A stretch of 64,000 nucleotides of DNA, from positions 704,001-768,000 of the forward strand of contig JAXGZN010000001.1 of the NCBI GenBank assembly GCA_040776945.1, in the 5' to 3' direction. The position numbers and the translations under genes are program-made. Every line of letters starts with the position of its first letter. Position 1 is the stretch's first letter. The notes beneath the pieces are model-generated. The model was not told the DNA's origin, searched no databases, and saw only the letters and a list, made by a program, of their open reading frames with translations. Source of the DNA: Methanomassiliicoccaceae archaeon (lineage in GTDB: Archaea > Thermoplasmatota > Thermoplasmata > Methanomassiliicoccales > Methanomassiliicoccaceae). Of this stretch, positions 9,384-19,394 are shown piece after piece.

Positions 9384-10311
9384 AAGGTGGTTTGTTCGTT
9401 ATATCGTAGACCACCCGGTTGACGTCGCTCTTCATCTCGTTGGTGATGCGCACCGAGATGCGCTCCAGCACCTCGTGCGGGATGCGGGAGTACGAGGCGC
9501 TCATGCCGTCGATCGACTCCACCGAGCGCACCGCGATCGTCCGCCCGTACGCGCGGTTATCGCCTTGGACGCCGACCGACTGGCAGGGCAGCAGGACGGC
9601 GAAGTACTGCCACGGCCGGGGCATCTTCCCGGCGGCGGACGCCAGCTCGATCTCCTCCTCCACGATGGCGCAGGCCTCCCTTACGATGCCGACCGACTCC
9701 GGCGTCACCTCTCCGATGACCCGGACCGCCAGCGCCGGGCCGGGGAACGGCTGACGCTCCGACACTGGCACCTTGAGGTAGCGGGCAACGACGCGCACCT
9801 CGTCCTTGTACAGGTCGCGGAGGGGCTCCACCAGCTCCATCTCCATGTCCTTCGGCAGGCCTCCGACGTTGTGGTGGCTCTTGATGACGTCCCGCACTCC
9901 GTCCCCGCTCTCGATCCAGTCCGGAGCGATCGTGCCCTGCACCAGGTACTTGGCCCCGAACTCCTTGGCGGTGCGCTCGAAGACGCGGATGAACCTCTCG
10001 CCGATTATCTTGCGCTTCCTCTCCGGATCGGTGACGCCCTTCATCGCGGCAAAGAACTCGTCGGCTGCGTCGACCAGCAGGTAGTTCACTCCCAAGCTGT
10101 CGAATATCTTGCTGACCGCCTCGGTCTCGTTCTTGCGCATGAAGCCATTGTTCACGTACACCGTGAGGAGCCGATCGCCGATGGCCTTGGACGCCAGGGC
10201 GGCGGCCACGGTGCTGTCCACGCCCCCGGAGCAGGCGATTATCGCCTTCCCCTTGATCTGGGCCCTCATCCTCTCGATCTGCTCATTGACGAACTGCTCA
10301 ACCTTGAACAT
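9364..10311 (-). CDS. guaAB: GMP synthase subunit B (ATP pyrophosphatase)
   Basis: SGGVDS PP-loop, [16 protein letters not shown] and C-terminal [14 protein letters not shown]. Confidence 0.96.
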   Translation of the reverse strand: MFKVEQFVNEQIERMRAQIKGKAIIACSGGVDSTVAAALASKAIGDRLLTVYVNNGFMRKNETEAVSKIFDSLGVNYLLVDAADEFFAAMKGVTDPERKRKIIGERFIRVFERTAKEFGAKYLVQGTIAPDWIESGDGVRDVIKSHHNVGGLPKDMEMELVEPLRDLYKDEVRVVARYLKVPVSERQPFPGPALAVRVIGEVTPESVGIVREACAIVEEEIELASAAGKMPRPWQYFAVLLPCQSVGVQGDNRAYGRTIAVRSVESIDGMSASYSRIPHEVLERISVRITNEMKSDVNRVVYDITNKPPSTIEWE

Positions 10312-10777
10312 CGTTGCCCACCTCCTCGGAGTCCCGCTCCACCGCCTCGACCATTTCCCTGCGGTGCTTCTCCAGCTTTGCCGCTATGCCCTCGTCGCGC
10401 AGCCCAAGGATCTGCAGCGCCAGCAGCGCGGCGTTGTCTCCGCGGTCCAGCCCCACGCCCGCTACCGGTATTCCGGCCGGCATCTGCACGATCGACAATA
10501 TCGAGTCCAAATTCACCTTGCCGCTCACTGGGACGCCGATGACCGGCCTCACCGTGGCCGCGGCGACCGCGCCGGGCAGCGCGGCGGACAGTCCGGCTAT
10601 GGCGATGAACACCTCGGCATCACTGCCGGCTACCAGCTCCCGGACGCGGTCCGGGGTGCGGTGGGCGGAGGCGACCACGATCTTCGAGGTCACGCCGAAC
10701 TCCTTCAGAACGTCGGAGGCCTTGTTGGCCACGGGCGCATCGCTCTTGCTGCCCAGGATGATCAGGACGCGAGGCAT
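10298..10777 (-). CDS. purE: N5-carboxyaminoimidazole ribonucleotide mutase
   Basis: [32 protein letters not shown]. Confidence 0.95.
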   Translation of the reverse strand: MPRVLIILGSKSDAPVANKASDVLKEFGVTSKIVVASAHRTPDRVRELVAGSDAEVFIAIAGLSAALPGAVAAATVRPVIGVPVSGKVNLDSILSIVQMPAGIPVAGVGLDRGDNAALLALQILGLRDEGIAAKLEKHRREMVEAVERDSEEVGNDVQG

Positions 10778-10836
10778 GTGCCAAGCAAAGTGAGACCTGA
10801 TAAAAAAGGTTGTGATGTAAAGGGTTTCGTCCTTGT

Positions 10837-11142
10837 TCAGGACTTCATGATGGCCAGCAGGAAGACGCCTATGGCGATAAGGGCGCCGATGAGCGCCGCC
10901 AGGATGTACAGGAAGGCCACCCAGATGGTCTCGGTTATGCTGATGTTGATCAGCCCGGCGGAGGTCGGGTCCATTAGCCTGAGGCCGACCCAGATGATGC
11001 CGATGAGCAGGCCGACGACTAGGAGCACTACACCGATGGTGCGGCTCTTGCCGCTACCGAAGTAGGCGGTGAACACTCCGGCCAGGATCAAGAAGAGGCC
11101 CAAAGTCATAAGAAGTATGGTCAGGAATTCCATCAGTTGCAT
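10837..11142 (-). CDS. small three-TM membrane protein
   Basis: 101 aa with three hydrophobic helices and a [13 protein letters not shown] loop; AGGTGA SD upstream. Confidence 0.8.
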   Translation of the reverse strand: MQLMEFLTILLMTLGLFLILAGVFTAYFGSGKSRTIGVVLLVVGLLIGIIWVGLRLMDPTSAGLINISITETIWVAFLYILAALIGALIAIGVFLLAIMKS

Positions 11143-11155
11143 TTTTTCACCTGTG

Positions 11156-11389
11156 TCAGAACTTAATGCCTGTGAGCGTCTTGGTGTCTATGACCCCGGA
11201 TATCGTCCGTATCTGGTCCACCACCACCTGGCCGAGGCGATTGAAGTCCTCGGCCTCGATCTTGGCGATCAGGTCGAACTCCCCGAACAGGGGATGGAGC
11301 TCCACGACCTCCTTGACCTTAAGGAGCTCGTTGTAGACCTCGTGCTCCTTGGCCGGCGCCGTGCTGATAAGAACGAACCCCACTGCCAA
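11156..11389 (-). CDS. Lrp/AsnC ligand-binding (RAM) domain protein
   Basis: LFGEFDLIAKIEA...IRTISGVIDTKTL; TTG start placed after an AGGTGAG SD. Confidence 0.85.
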   Translation of the reverse strand: MAVGFVLISTAPAKEHEVYNELLKVKEVVELHPLFGEFDLIAKIEAEDFNRLGQVVVDQIRTISGVIDTKTLTGIKF

Positions 11390-11454
11390 ACTCTCACCTT
11401 GCTGACCCATTAGTTTATGTGCTATAATAAATGTTTTCGTCATGTTATTTGTCC

Positions 11455-11688
11455 TTAGGCATTGGCCAGTTGTTTTCGTAAGGATGGTCCCGTTCGTCTG
11501 ACCGTCCTCTTCCTCTCCACGGACGCGGCGCCGAGGCCCATCTTCAGCATGGGATTGCCGCTGTTGCGGTCGAACGGCCCGACGAAATTGGTGGCGGTCG
11601 AGATGACGGAAACCGCCAAGACGGTTATGGCGGCCGCCGCACCGAACCTAACGGCCTCCCAGAACTGCGGATGCTCTTGTTCGCACAT
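11455..11688 (-). CDS. possible small protein with one TM segment
   Basis: Fills the gap downstream of the PfkB kinase; hydrophobic AAAAITVLAVSVIS; no recognised family. Confidence 0.3.
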   Translation of the reverse strand: MCEQEHPQFWEAVRFGAAAAITVLAVSVISTATNFVGPFDRNSGNPMLKMGLGAASVERKRTVRRTGPSLRKQLANA

Positions 11689-11854
11689 CGATTGTGTGGA
11701 AGCGTGCAGAGCAGGGCGGCATGCCTCCTTCATCCGTTCGGATGAGCGGCCGTTGGGTCGGCCCAGTGGCGCGTACGCTGCGGACCTGGTCCTGAACACC
11801 GTCCAGAACAAGGTCGTCAGCTCAGCCCACCAGCAACGACCGCTCCCGCCGCTC

Positions 11855-12781
11855 CTACCGCGGGAGGGACGCGAGCGTGTCGGCCGCGCGCTCCTCGACC
11901 GACTCCCAGGTCGGGAGGTTGGTGACCGCTCCCCGGGCCTCGAGGACGAAGGACGCCGCGGCGTTGCCGTAGGCGACCGATTCCAGGAGGTCCTTTCCAC
12001 GGTACTGGCCAGCATAGAAGCCGGCTCGGAAGGCGTCTCCCGCGCCGGTGGGGTCGATGACCTTCGACGGTCTCGCCGCCGGCACCGTCCATGAGCCCTT
12101 GCCGGTCGACACCATCGCGCCGTCCCTGCCCATGGTGGTGATGACCTCCGTGACGTGCTCTAAAAGACCTTCAGGGCCGGAGGCGTTCATGTATTCCAGC
12201 GCAACGCGCAGCTCGCTGCGGTTGCTGAAGAACCGGTCCGCCAGCGGGAGCGCCTCGCGGAAGGTCCCGCGGTCCCAGATGCGCTGGACCTCCTGCGCCG
12301 GATCGAAGGACACGCTCTTGCCCAGCCTCTTGCACTCGAGCATCACCGGTACGTAGTACTCCGGCCGGCCGGTGGAGACGTGCACGTGCTTGGACCGCCT
12401 GGCCGAGTCAAGGCGGAGCTCGAACCTCCCCATGTCGCGCATCGGACCCTGGTATACGTAAGCGATCTGAGCCTCCTGGGAATCGTTGACCACGATGACC
12501 GTCGAGCTCTCATAGCCTTCCACGGTGATAAGCTCGCTCAGGTCGACGCCCTTCGAGACCATGAACTGGCGGAAGTCATCCGGGAGGTCTGGCCCGACGT
12601 ACGAGACCAGGGCGGTCGGGACGCCGAGCGCCGCGGCGGCGGTGGCGATGTTGGCGCCTGTCCCGCCGAAGTAGCGGTGCTTCTCCCGGATGTCCACCGA
12701 GGTGTTCGGTTCGGGGAACCGCTCCAGGTCCAAGATCTGGTCCAGGCACACGTGGCCGTATACGGTAAGGAACGGCCTCAT
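11855..12781 (-). CDS. PfkB-family carbohydrate/nucleoside kinase
   Basis: FGGTGANIA and DPTGAGDAFRAG signatures; ATGA overlap with ahcY. Confidence 0.9.
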   Translation of the reverse strand: MRPFLTVYGHVCLDQILDLERFPEPNTSVDIREKHRYFGGTGANIATAAAALGVPTALVSYVGPDLPDDFRQFMVSKGVDLSELITVEGYESSTVIVVNDSQEAQIAYVYQGPMRDMGRFELRLDSARRSKHVHVSTGRPEYYVPVMLECKRLGKSVSFDPAQEVQRIWDRGTFREALPLADRFFSNRSELRVALEYMNASGPEGLLEHVTEVITTMGRDGAMVSTGKGSWTVPAARPSKVIDPTGAGDAFRAGFYAGQYRGKDLLESVAYGNAAASFVLEARGAVTNLPTWESVEERAADTLASLPR

Positions 12782-14016
12782 GTGCCCTCTTGCCACCCTC
12801 GGAGGTATCTCCTCTGCTCCTCGGTCAGCTCGTCGATCTCGATGCCCATCACTTTTAGCTTGGTGCGTGCGACCTGCTGGTCCAGCTCCTCCGGAACGTT
12901 GTGCACCTTGGCCTCCATGCGCATGTGGTTCTTTACGAGATGCTCGAGCGACAGCACCTGAATGGAGAAGCTCATGTCCATGATCTCCACGGGGTGTCCC
13001 TGCCCGGCGGCGAGGTTCATCAACCGACCCTCGGCGATCAGGTAGGCCTTGCGGCCGTCCTTGAAGGTGTACTGGTCGACCGAATCGCGGACCCTCACGC
13101 CCTTCCCTGCGAGCGCCTCCAGCCCTGTCTTGGAGATCTCGTTGTCAAAGTGGCCGGAGTTGCCCATGATGCAGCCGTCCTTTAAGACCTCGAGATGCTC
13201 CCGCCGGATGATGTCCTTGTTGCCGGTGGCGGAGATGATTATGTCCGCCTGCTTCGCCGCCTCGATCATGGGCATGACCTCGTAGCCGTCCATCCGGGCC
13301 TCGATGGCCCTGATGGGGTCCACCTCGGTGACGATGACGTTGGCCCCCATCCCTTGGGCCCGCATGGCTATGCCTCGCCCGCACCAGCCGTAGCCTGCCA
13401 CCACCAGGTGCTTACCGGCTATCAGCAGGTTCGTCGCGTTCATGAACCCATCGAAGGTCGACTGCCCGGTGCCATAGCGGTTGTCGAACATGAACTTCAT
13501 GTGGGCGTCGTTGACCGAGATGACCGGGAACTCCAATTTGCCCTCGGCGGCCATGGAGCGCAGCCGGACCACGCCGGTGGTCGTTTCCTCGTTCCCCCCT
13601 TTGACTCCGGACAGGAGGTCCCTTCGGTCGGTGTGCAGTATGGTGATCAGGTCCGCACCGTCATCGATGACGAAGTCCGGCCGCATGTCCAGGACCGAGT
13701 TCAGGTTGGCGTAGTACTCCTCGTTGGTCTGCCCTTTCTTGGCATAGGTGTCCAGACCATAGTGGTGCTTGAGCGCGGCGGCCACCGAGTCGTCGGTGGA
13801 CAGGGGATTGCAGCTGGCCAGCCGCACCTTGGCCCCGGCCTCGGCAATGGTGAGGGCGAGGATGCCGGTCTTGGCCTCGACGTGCAGCGCCATGCCCACC
13901 TTGATCCCTTCCAGCGTCCTCTCTCTGACCAGGCGGCTGCGTATGTCCTCGAGCACCTTCATATGCGCCCGCGCCCACTCCAGCCGCCTTACGCCCTTCT
14001 CTATGAGCTGATCCAA
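12778..14016 (-). CDS. ahcY: adenosylhomocysteinase
   Basis: SCNPLST, EETTTG, FDNRYGTGQS, GYGWCGRG, GHPVEIMDMSF. Confidence 0.97.
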   Translation of the reverse strand: MDQLIEKGVRRLEWARAHMKVLEDIRSRLVRERTLEGIKVGMALHVEAKTGILALTIAEAGAKVRLASCNPLSTDDSVAAALKHHYGLDTYAKKGQTNEEYYANLNSVLDMRPDFVIDDGADLITILHTDRRDLLSGVKGGNEETTTGVVRLRSMAAEGKLEFPVISVNDAHMKFMFDNRYGTGQSTFDGFMNATNLLIAGKHLVVAGYGWCGRGIAMRAQGMGANVIVTEVDPIRAIEARMDGYEVMPMIEAAKQADIIISATGNKDIIRREHLEVLKDGCIMGNSGHFDNEISKTGLEALAGKGVRVRDSVDQYTFKDGRKAYLIAEGRLMNLAAGQGHPVEIMDMSFSIQVLSLEHLVKNHMRMEAKVHNVPEELDQQVARTKLKVMGIEIDELTEEQRRYLRGWQEGT

Positions 14017-14109
14017 TGGAACACCAGCCGAGGATTGGGCCTCGCCCTAATAAATTGTACCGCCAGGGCAGCTTCCCCAGATAAGCGGGCCGCTCCATGG
14101 CGAGGCCGA

Positions 14110-14844
14110 TCACCTCAGGGCGCGGCACATCTCTTCCCTGGACCGGCGGAGGTTCTCGGCGTTGTCGAACTCCATGATCAGCCGCTTCCTCTCGTCCCGG
14201 CGGTCCCTCAGCTCGCGGACGGCTCGCTCGATGTTGGGCACCGCCCTGGTGAGCTCGTCCACCACCGCGACGCGCGATCCCGCCGCCGTGCGGGACAGCG
14301 GGTTGAGGTCGATCGCCAGAACGGTCTTTCCGGCCCTCTCCAGCGCGGCGGCGCGGTCCCCGTCCTCCAGAGGGATGAGCACGACGTCGGCGGAGTATAT
14401 TCCCTCCGTGCAGCACATCGCCCGGTCCGAGGCGATCCCTTCCAGCTTCGATCCCTGCTCCCGCCCCAGGATGTCCTTCCCGCCCAGGCCTTCCAGGTAG
14501 GCGATAACCTTCTCCACCCTCTCCGGGGAGCGGTGGAACAGGTTCACCTCGACCTTCGCCGGAACGGCCCTGGCCAGGGACAGCAGGCCCTCGCCGCACA
14601 GGCCGGCGGCGTTGCCGTTGATGGTGATGACCGGACGCTTTGCTTCCAGCAGGAACGCCGCGGCGGCGCGCTCGGCCTCCGCGGCCGTCTCCGTGGTTCG
14701 CTCGCCCAACATGTAGTCGAACGCCTCCCCCCGCCCGTGCGCGATGAGCCCTGTGGGCGCTACCACGCCCTGCCTGACCAGCTCGGACATCCTCTCCCTC
14801 ACTATCAAAGAACGGTAGCGGGGGTGGTCCCTGGATATCTCCAT
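14110..14844 (-). CDS. pps: phosphopantothenate synthetase (4-phosphopantoate--beta-alanine ligase)
   Basis: HPRYRSL, GLIAHGRGEAFDY, VNLFHR, PLEDGDR, IDLNPLSRTA. Confidence 0.92.
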   Translation of the reverse strand: MEISRDHPRYRSLIVRERMSELVRQGVVAPTGLIAHGRGEAFDYMLGERTTETAAEAERAAAAFLLEAKRPVITINGNAAGLCGEGLLSLARAVPAKVEVNLFHRSPERVEKVIAYLEGLGGKDILGREQGSKLEGIASDRAMCCTEGIYSADVVLIPLEDGDRAAALERAGKTVLAIDLNPLSRTAAGSRVAVVDELTRAVPNIERAVRELRDRRDERKRLIMEFDNAENLRRSREEMCRALR

Positions 14845-15005
14845 GGACAGGCTATGGGAACTATCATAGATGGTTTTTCCGTCAGAATGCCGCGGCCTAG
14901 CCAACGTCCATTCTCGGACAACAAAATCTAATAAAGCCTATCGTAAAGTACATATACTCGATTCCCAATGTACTTGAACATGCCGGTCTTCGGACCCGCT
15001 GGTGA

Positions 15006-15278
15006 ATGATGAAACTTTTGGGCGTTATCCAAGACATCGGTTTTGATGGCAAGCTCATCGTGAGGGGCACGTTCGCCCCCGGACCACGTGATAGGGTCCT
15101 AGACAATCGGAGCAAACCGCTTGGCTATGTCCGAAGGGTGTTCGGGCCAGTGGAGTCGCCGTACATCATGGTCGAACCGGCAGGAAAAAGCAACCTGCTC
15201 GCAGCTGTGGGGAAGCAGGTATACGTCGAGGAGGGCGGACATCATGCCAAAAGTAAGAGAAGGGACCGAAGAGATTGA
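15006..15278 (+). CDS. gar1: H/ACA RNP component Gar1/Naf1
   Basis: [15 protein letters not shown] motif; usual position upstream of tfb. Confidence 0.8.
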   Translation: MMKLLGVIQDIGFDGKLIVRGTFAPGPRDRVLDNRSKPLGYVRRVFGPVESPYIMVEPAGKSNLLAAVGKQVYVEEGGHHAKSKRRDRRD

Positions 15279-16176
15279 GAAGTGCCCAGAGTGCGGCGGA
15301 AAGCACCTCGTCAGGGATTACGAGCGGGGCGAGCTGATCTGCGAAGACTGCGGCCTGGTTCTGGACGACCAGTTCATCGACCAGGGGCCGGAGTGGAGGG
15401 CCTTCGACGTCGAGCAGGGAGAGAAGAGGGCGCGCACGGGCGCGCCGATGACCTACACCATCCATGACAAGGGCCTTTCGACCGAGATCTCGTGGAAGAA
15501 CAAGGACAGCTATGGCAAGAGCATTCCTACCCGGAACCGCGCCCAGCTATACCGCTTGCGGAAGTGGCAGCGCAGGATCAGGGTCTCCAACGCAACGGAG
15601 AGGAACCTGGCGTTCGCGTTGTCAGAGCTGGACCGCATGGCCTCGGCCATGGGCCTTCCCCGGAACGTCCGTGAGACGGCGGCGATGGTCTACCGCAAGG
15701 CGGTCAACAAGAACCTCATCCGAGGACGCAGCATCGAGGGCGTGGTGGCCGCTTCTCTGTACGCGGCCTGCCGCCAGTGCAATGTGCCGAGAACGCTTGA
15801 CGAGGTGGCCAACTCCTCGCGCGTGGGAAGGAAGGAGATCGGTCGGACCTATCGGTTCATGACCCGTGAGCTGAAGCTCAAGCTGATGCCCACGAGGCCG
15901 CAGGACTATGTTCAGAGGTTCTGCTCGGAGCTGAAGCTCAGCGGCGAGGTGCAGTCCAAGGCCGCGGAGATCCTCAAGGACGCGGCCAAGAAGGAGCTGA
16001 CCTCCGGGCGCGGTCCCACCGGGGTCGCGGCGGCCGCGATCTACATCGCCTCCATCCTGTGCAACGAGCGCAGGACCCAGCGCGAGGTGGCGGACATCGC
16101 AGGGGTGACCGAGGTCACCATACGGAACCGCTACAAGGAGCTAACGGAGAAGCTCGGCATCGAGATACAGCTATGA
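15244..16176 (+). CDS. tfb: transcription initiation factor IIB
   Basis: CPECG...CEDCG zinc ribbon, GPEWRAF, two cyclin repeats, [13 protein letters not shown]. Confidence 0.97.
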   Translation: MPKVREGTEEIEKCPECGGKHLVRDYERGELICEDCGLVLDDQFIDQGPEWRAFDVEQGEKRARTGAPMTYTIHDKGLSTEISWKNKDSYGKSIPTRNRAQLYRLRKWQRRIRVSNATERNLAFALSELDRMASAMGLPRNVRETAAMVYRKAVNKNLIRGRSIEGVVAASLYAACRQCNVPRTLDEVANSSRVGRKEIGRTYRFMTRELKLKLMPTRPQDYVQRFCSELKLSGEVQSKAAEILKDAAKKELTSGRGPTGVAAAAIYIASILCNERRTQREVADIAGVTEVTIRNRYKELTEKLGIEIQL

Positions 16177-16182
16177 GGAGGC

Positions 16183-16208
16183 GGGGGCCGATGCCCCCTA
16201 TCCTTTTT
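16183..16208 (+). terminator. hairpin plus T-tract after tfb
   Basis: GGGGGC-CGAT-GCCCCC followed by TTTTT. Confidence 0.55.
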
Positions 16209-16291
16209 CCCCGCGCCCCCTGCCACGGGACGGCGAGCTTTCCTTCAATACCTTTTTCTAGCGACGATGGGTTGGGTACCGCGGTGCGACA

Positions 16292-17260
16292 GTGGCAGAA
16301 ACTAGCGCATTGTTGAAGCCGATGGGCGCGTGGTACACCATCGGCGGCCTGATCACCATGGCAAGCGCGGTCGTTGTCAGCCTGGTCGAGTTCAAGCTCG
16401 GCGCCATCCTGGCCATACCTGGCTTCATCGTCCTCGCCCTCATCGGCACGATGGAGTTCTCAGCCGGGCGGACCATCTGGCGCTCCGAGGTGGGCTCCTG
16501 GAAGAGCGTCATCACCACTTCCATGATCACTCTGCTGGCCAGGGCCATGTTCGTTCTCCTGCTCTACCCGGCGGTGTTCACCCGCCAAGGCATCATAGGT
16601 TTCTGGGAGAGCGGTTCCTTCGGGGTTTGGCTGTTCTACCTCAATGCAATATGGATCGCCGGCGAGACGATATTCTTCATCTATCTCTACCTGCACCCCG
16701 GCCTCTTCATGCTGGAAGAGTGCGAGGGTTCCCGGCCCGATCTGGCCAGCTGCGCCGTGAAGAGCGTTTCCGAGTGCCCTCGCTGCCATGAGGTGGTGGA
16801 GACCTGGTGGCAGTCCTGTCCTTATTGCGGTACGAAGCTACCTAGGAACTGCGGCGAGTGCGGAGGGGAGCTGAGCGAGGTCATGTCGAAATGTCCCCAC
16901 TGCGGCAACGAGGTGGTGCAGTCCATCTCCATGGCCAAGACGGTGGAGATGTTCCGGAGGCTGACCGAAGAGAAGGCCCTGCCGGAGACCCAGGCAGTGC
17001 ATCACGCCAGGCTCGCGGAGGCGTTGCTGAAGAACGGTCAGCCCGAGGAGGCCGTCGACGCGTACCGCAAGGCCATATCCCTCACCTCGTACCCGCGGAA
17101 GCGCACCAACTTCATGGTGCAGGCCGCGAGGATATTGGCCAACACCGGCCACGAGGCGGAGGCGGCCAAGCTGCTGGACGAGGCCATGGCCATCGATCCC
17201 GCGGACATCGCCGGGGCCCAGGCGGTGCGCTCGGAGATGGGCGCGCCCTCGCCCCTGTGA
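16292..17260 (+). CDS. membrane protein with double zinc ribbon and TPR repeats
   Basis: N-terminal TM helices, four CxxC pairs (CPRC, CPYC, CGEC, CPHC), C-terminal TPR-like helices. Confidence 0.75.
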   Translation: MAETSALLKPMGAWYTIGGLITMASAVVVSLVEFKLGAILAIPGFIVLALIGTMEFSAGRTIWRSEVGSWKSVITTSMITLLARAMFVLLLYPAVFTRQGIIGFWESGSFGVWLFYLNAIWIAGETIFFIYLYLHPGLFMLEECEGSRPDLASCAVKSVSECPRCHEVVETWWQSCPYCGTKLPRNCGECGGELSEVMSKCPHCGNEVVQSISMAKTVEMFRRLTEEKALPETQAVHHARLAEALLKNGQPEEAVDAYRKAISLTSYPRKRTNFMVQAARILANTGHEAEAAKLLDEAMAIDPADIAGAQAVRSEMGAPSPL

Positions 17261-18316
17261 TCATGGCCGGACCCGTGACAGGCGCATGTACTCGGCACGG
17301 TCATCGGCTACCCTGGCGAGGAGCATCTCCTTCTTGACCCCATGGGCCAGTCTGACCGCCCTCGATATCTCCGGCCATGTGCTCTCGTACGCTTCAGGAA
17401 CGGCATGGACGAGCCACCGGGCATGGGAGCGTTCGGGGTCGTCCTCGTAGACCCGGAAGTGTGAGCCATACTTGAAGCCGGTCTTCACCACCAGTCCACG
17501 CGACCTCAGGTCATCGTAGGCCTTGAGCCGCAGGTCGAAGTCCTTCTGGAACTTCAGTGCCCGCTTCTTGAAGCGGTCGGGCCGGACCGCGCGGCCGGAG
17601 ATGATGTTGTACACTTCCAGGCGGCCCCGCTCCATCAGGTGCGCGGCCTCGATGAGAGACAGCTGCAGAGCGCTGCCCAGCCTCTTGCCGTAGAACCCGT
17701 GGTCATACAGCCTCTTGGCCCCGGCCTCGTCGAAGACCATGACCCGGTCCTCGAGGAGCGCGGCCCGCGCCGGCGGGCCGTCCCACTCGCGGGACGCGGT
17801 CCCCTTGGGCTCACTGCGGTCGGCGTGGTAGAAGGTGATGTCCCCCTCCTCGTCCACGATGGCGATCAGGAGCTCCTTCCTTGTCCGCTCGGAGCGGTCC
17901 ATGACCTCGATGAACGGAGCGATGGCGAACACCGATCGCTCGGATATCGCGGACACCCAGCTCTTCGTCTGCGCGCTGTTGGGGCTGCCCCCGCGAGGAA
18001 AGACGCGAAAATCGAACTCCTCGCCCGCCGGCTTGACCAGGAACCCGCGCCCACGGAGGTCGCGGTACACGATGTACTTGATCTCGAAGTCGCGGTGGGC
18101 CTCGGACGCCGACGCCACCAGCTCCTCAAGGGTGATGGGTTCTCCTTCCTTGCGGACCTCCAGGCGGCCGCACTCCACCAAGTACACCGCCTCCAGCAGG
18201 TCCATCTCCAGGCCGCCGCCGGACATGGGATATCCGTAGTAGCCCTTGTTGTAGATCTGGCTGGCCTCGGTCCGATCGGCCACGATCACGCTGTCCTTGA
18301 CCAGCTCTCCGGGCAT
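17261..18316 (-). CDS. endA: tRNA-splicing endonuclease (two-unit type)
   Basis: Duplicated EndA units; KTGFKYGSHFRVY, H and VRLAHGVKK catalytic motifs in the second unit. Confidence 0.93.
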   Translation of the reverse strand: MPGELVKDSVIVADRTEASQIYNKGYYGYPMSGGGLEMDLLEAVYLVECGRLEVRKEGEPITLEELVASASEAHRDFEIKYIVYRDLRGRGFLVKPAGEEFDFRVFPRGGSPNSAQTKSWVSAISERSVFAIAPFIEVMDRSERTRKELLIAIVDEEGDITFYHADRSEPKGTASREWDGPPARAALLEDRVMVFDEAGAKRLYDHGFYGKRLGSALQLSLIEAAHLMERGRLEVYNIISGRAVRPDRFKKRALKFQKDFDLRLKAYDDLRSRGLVVKTGFKYGSHFRVYEDDPERSHARWLVHAVPEAYESTWPEISRAVRLAHGVKKEMLLARVADDRAEYMRLSRVRP

Positions 18317-18432
18317 GCTACTCGCAGAACGGCCGGCGCTTTAAAACCTTTCCACCGTCCCTCCCTTGAAGTTCGCAGGGCGCGAAGGGACCGGGAAAGG
18401 ATTTATCTACAGCATAGTACCGTATAAGGTAT

Positions 18433-18447
18433 ACAACTTACAGTTAA
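18433..18447. promoter_or_regulatory. putative heat-shock repressor operator ACAAC-N5-GTTAA
   Basis: Imperfect palindrome about 20 nt upstream of the regulator ATG; similar to the site at 19395. Confidence 0.6.
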
Positions 18448-18466
18448 TATCTATCAGGTGAGCTAA

Positions 18467-19078
18467 ATGGTCGGATTAGACGCCCTCCTATCGGTCATCG
18501 AGAACCCCGCCCGGCGGAAGATCCTCGAGGCCCTCGCCCGGGAGCCCCACTATCCATTGCAGCTGTCCAAGGAGCTGGGGATGAGCCAGCAGGCGGTGAT
18601 GAAACACCTTAGGGTGTTGGAATCATGCGGCCTGGTGAAGAGCTACCGCGAGGAGAGCGACCTCGGGGGACCAAAGCGGAACAAATACTATCCAACGGTC
18701 AACTTCACCATCGTCGTGGACGTGGGGACGAACATCTTCCATGCGGAGCTGACGACGAGGGAGCACGAGCCGTCCCCTGGACCGGGCGAGGAGGTTAAGG
18801 CCGCCGAGGCCCGGGCCTCCGATCTCCGGGACAGGATGAGGGAGATCGATGACAAGCTCCTCCAGATCCAGCGCCAGCGGGAGGAGCTGATCGAGGAGAA
18901 GGAGAGCATCATGGAGGAGGTGTCCAGGTTCACCTCCGGCCTGCAGGACTATCAGGCCAGAAGGGCGATGTACGAGTTCATCAGCAGGCCGAACCTCGAC
19001 CCCCGGGAGATCGCCCGGGAGCTGTCCCTGCGCGACGAGGTGGTCCTGCGATATATCAGGCAGTGGCTGGAGGAATGA
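18467..19078 (+). CDS. ArsR-like wHTH regulator, Phr/HSR1-type heat-shock repressor
   Basis: ENPARRKILEAL, SQQAVMKHLRVLE, GPKRNKYY, C-terminal coiled coil; clustered with cdc48 and hsp20. Confidence 0.8.
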   Translation: MVGLDALLSVIENPARRKILEALAREPHYPLQLSKELGMSQQAVMKHLRVLESCGLVKSYREESDLGGPKRNKYYPTVNFTIVVDVGTNIFHAELTTREHEPSPGPGEEVKAAEARASDLRDRMREIDDKLLQIQRQREELIEEKESIMEEVSRFTSGLQDYQARRAMYEFISRPNLDPREIARELSLRDEVVLRYIRQWLEE

Positions 19079-19079
19079 C

Positions 19080-19394
19080 ATGAGCAGAGGGCGAGCGGTT
19101 CCCTATGGGACGGTTGGCCTCGAGCGCTTGGCCCGGGAGGCCTGCAAGGCCATGGGCCGGACGATGGGGCGGTTGGAGACCATCGCCCAGCAGATGGTCT
19201 TGGCTGCATCGAGGGAGGCAGGCGCCGACGCCCGCGACCTCCTTAGGCGGACGTGCGTTGTAATGGACGATATTAGGGGCGAGCTGCCCCGCCTTAGGGC
19301 CGAGGCAAGGGAGATCGAGGCTCGGGCGCAAGACAGGCTAAGATGGGTCTTAGAGAATAGTTTATATAGAAGCGCAATCATTGAGAGCAAGTAG
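19080..19394 (+). CDS. hypothetical helical protein
   Basis: Starts 1 nt after the regulator stop, with a GGAGG SD; its 3' end overlaps the next promoter. Confidence 0.45.
   Translation: MSRGRAVPYGTVGLERLAREACKAMGRTMGRLETIAQQMVLAASREAGADARDLLRRTCVVMDDIRGELPRLRAEAREIEARAQDRLRWVLENSLYRSAIIESK

Larger units (their letters stand above)
8094..9409 (+). pseudogene. tnpB: TnpB RNA-guided endonuclease interrupted by an in-frame TAG (8757-8759) and a frameshift in a G9 tract (8980-8988)
   Basis: YRLYPNKQQ HTH, KPGFPRFK, RuvC-I GIDLG, QRHDFLHKISR, RuvC-II ALESL, IEYKA, CxxC..CxxC zinc finger and RuvC-III DRDINAAINI spread over three ORF fragments (8094-8759, 8781-8993, 8999-9409). Confidence 0.9.

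Noticed and set aside
11739-11795. Possible C/D-box sRNA (GGATGA...CTGA)
   Set aside because: The box C is imperfect, there are no convincing internal C'/D' boxes, and I recognised no rRNA/tRNA-complementary guide
13195-14931. 578-aa plus-strand ORF
   Set aside because: Antisense shadow of ahcY and pps with no recognisable motifs
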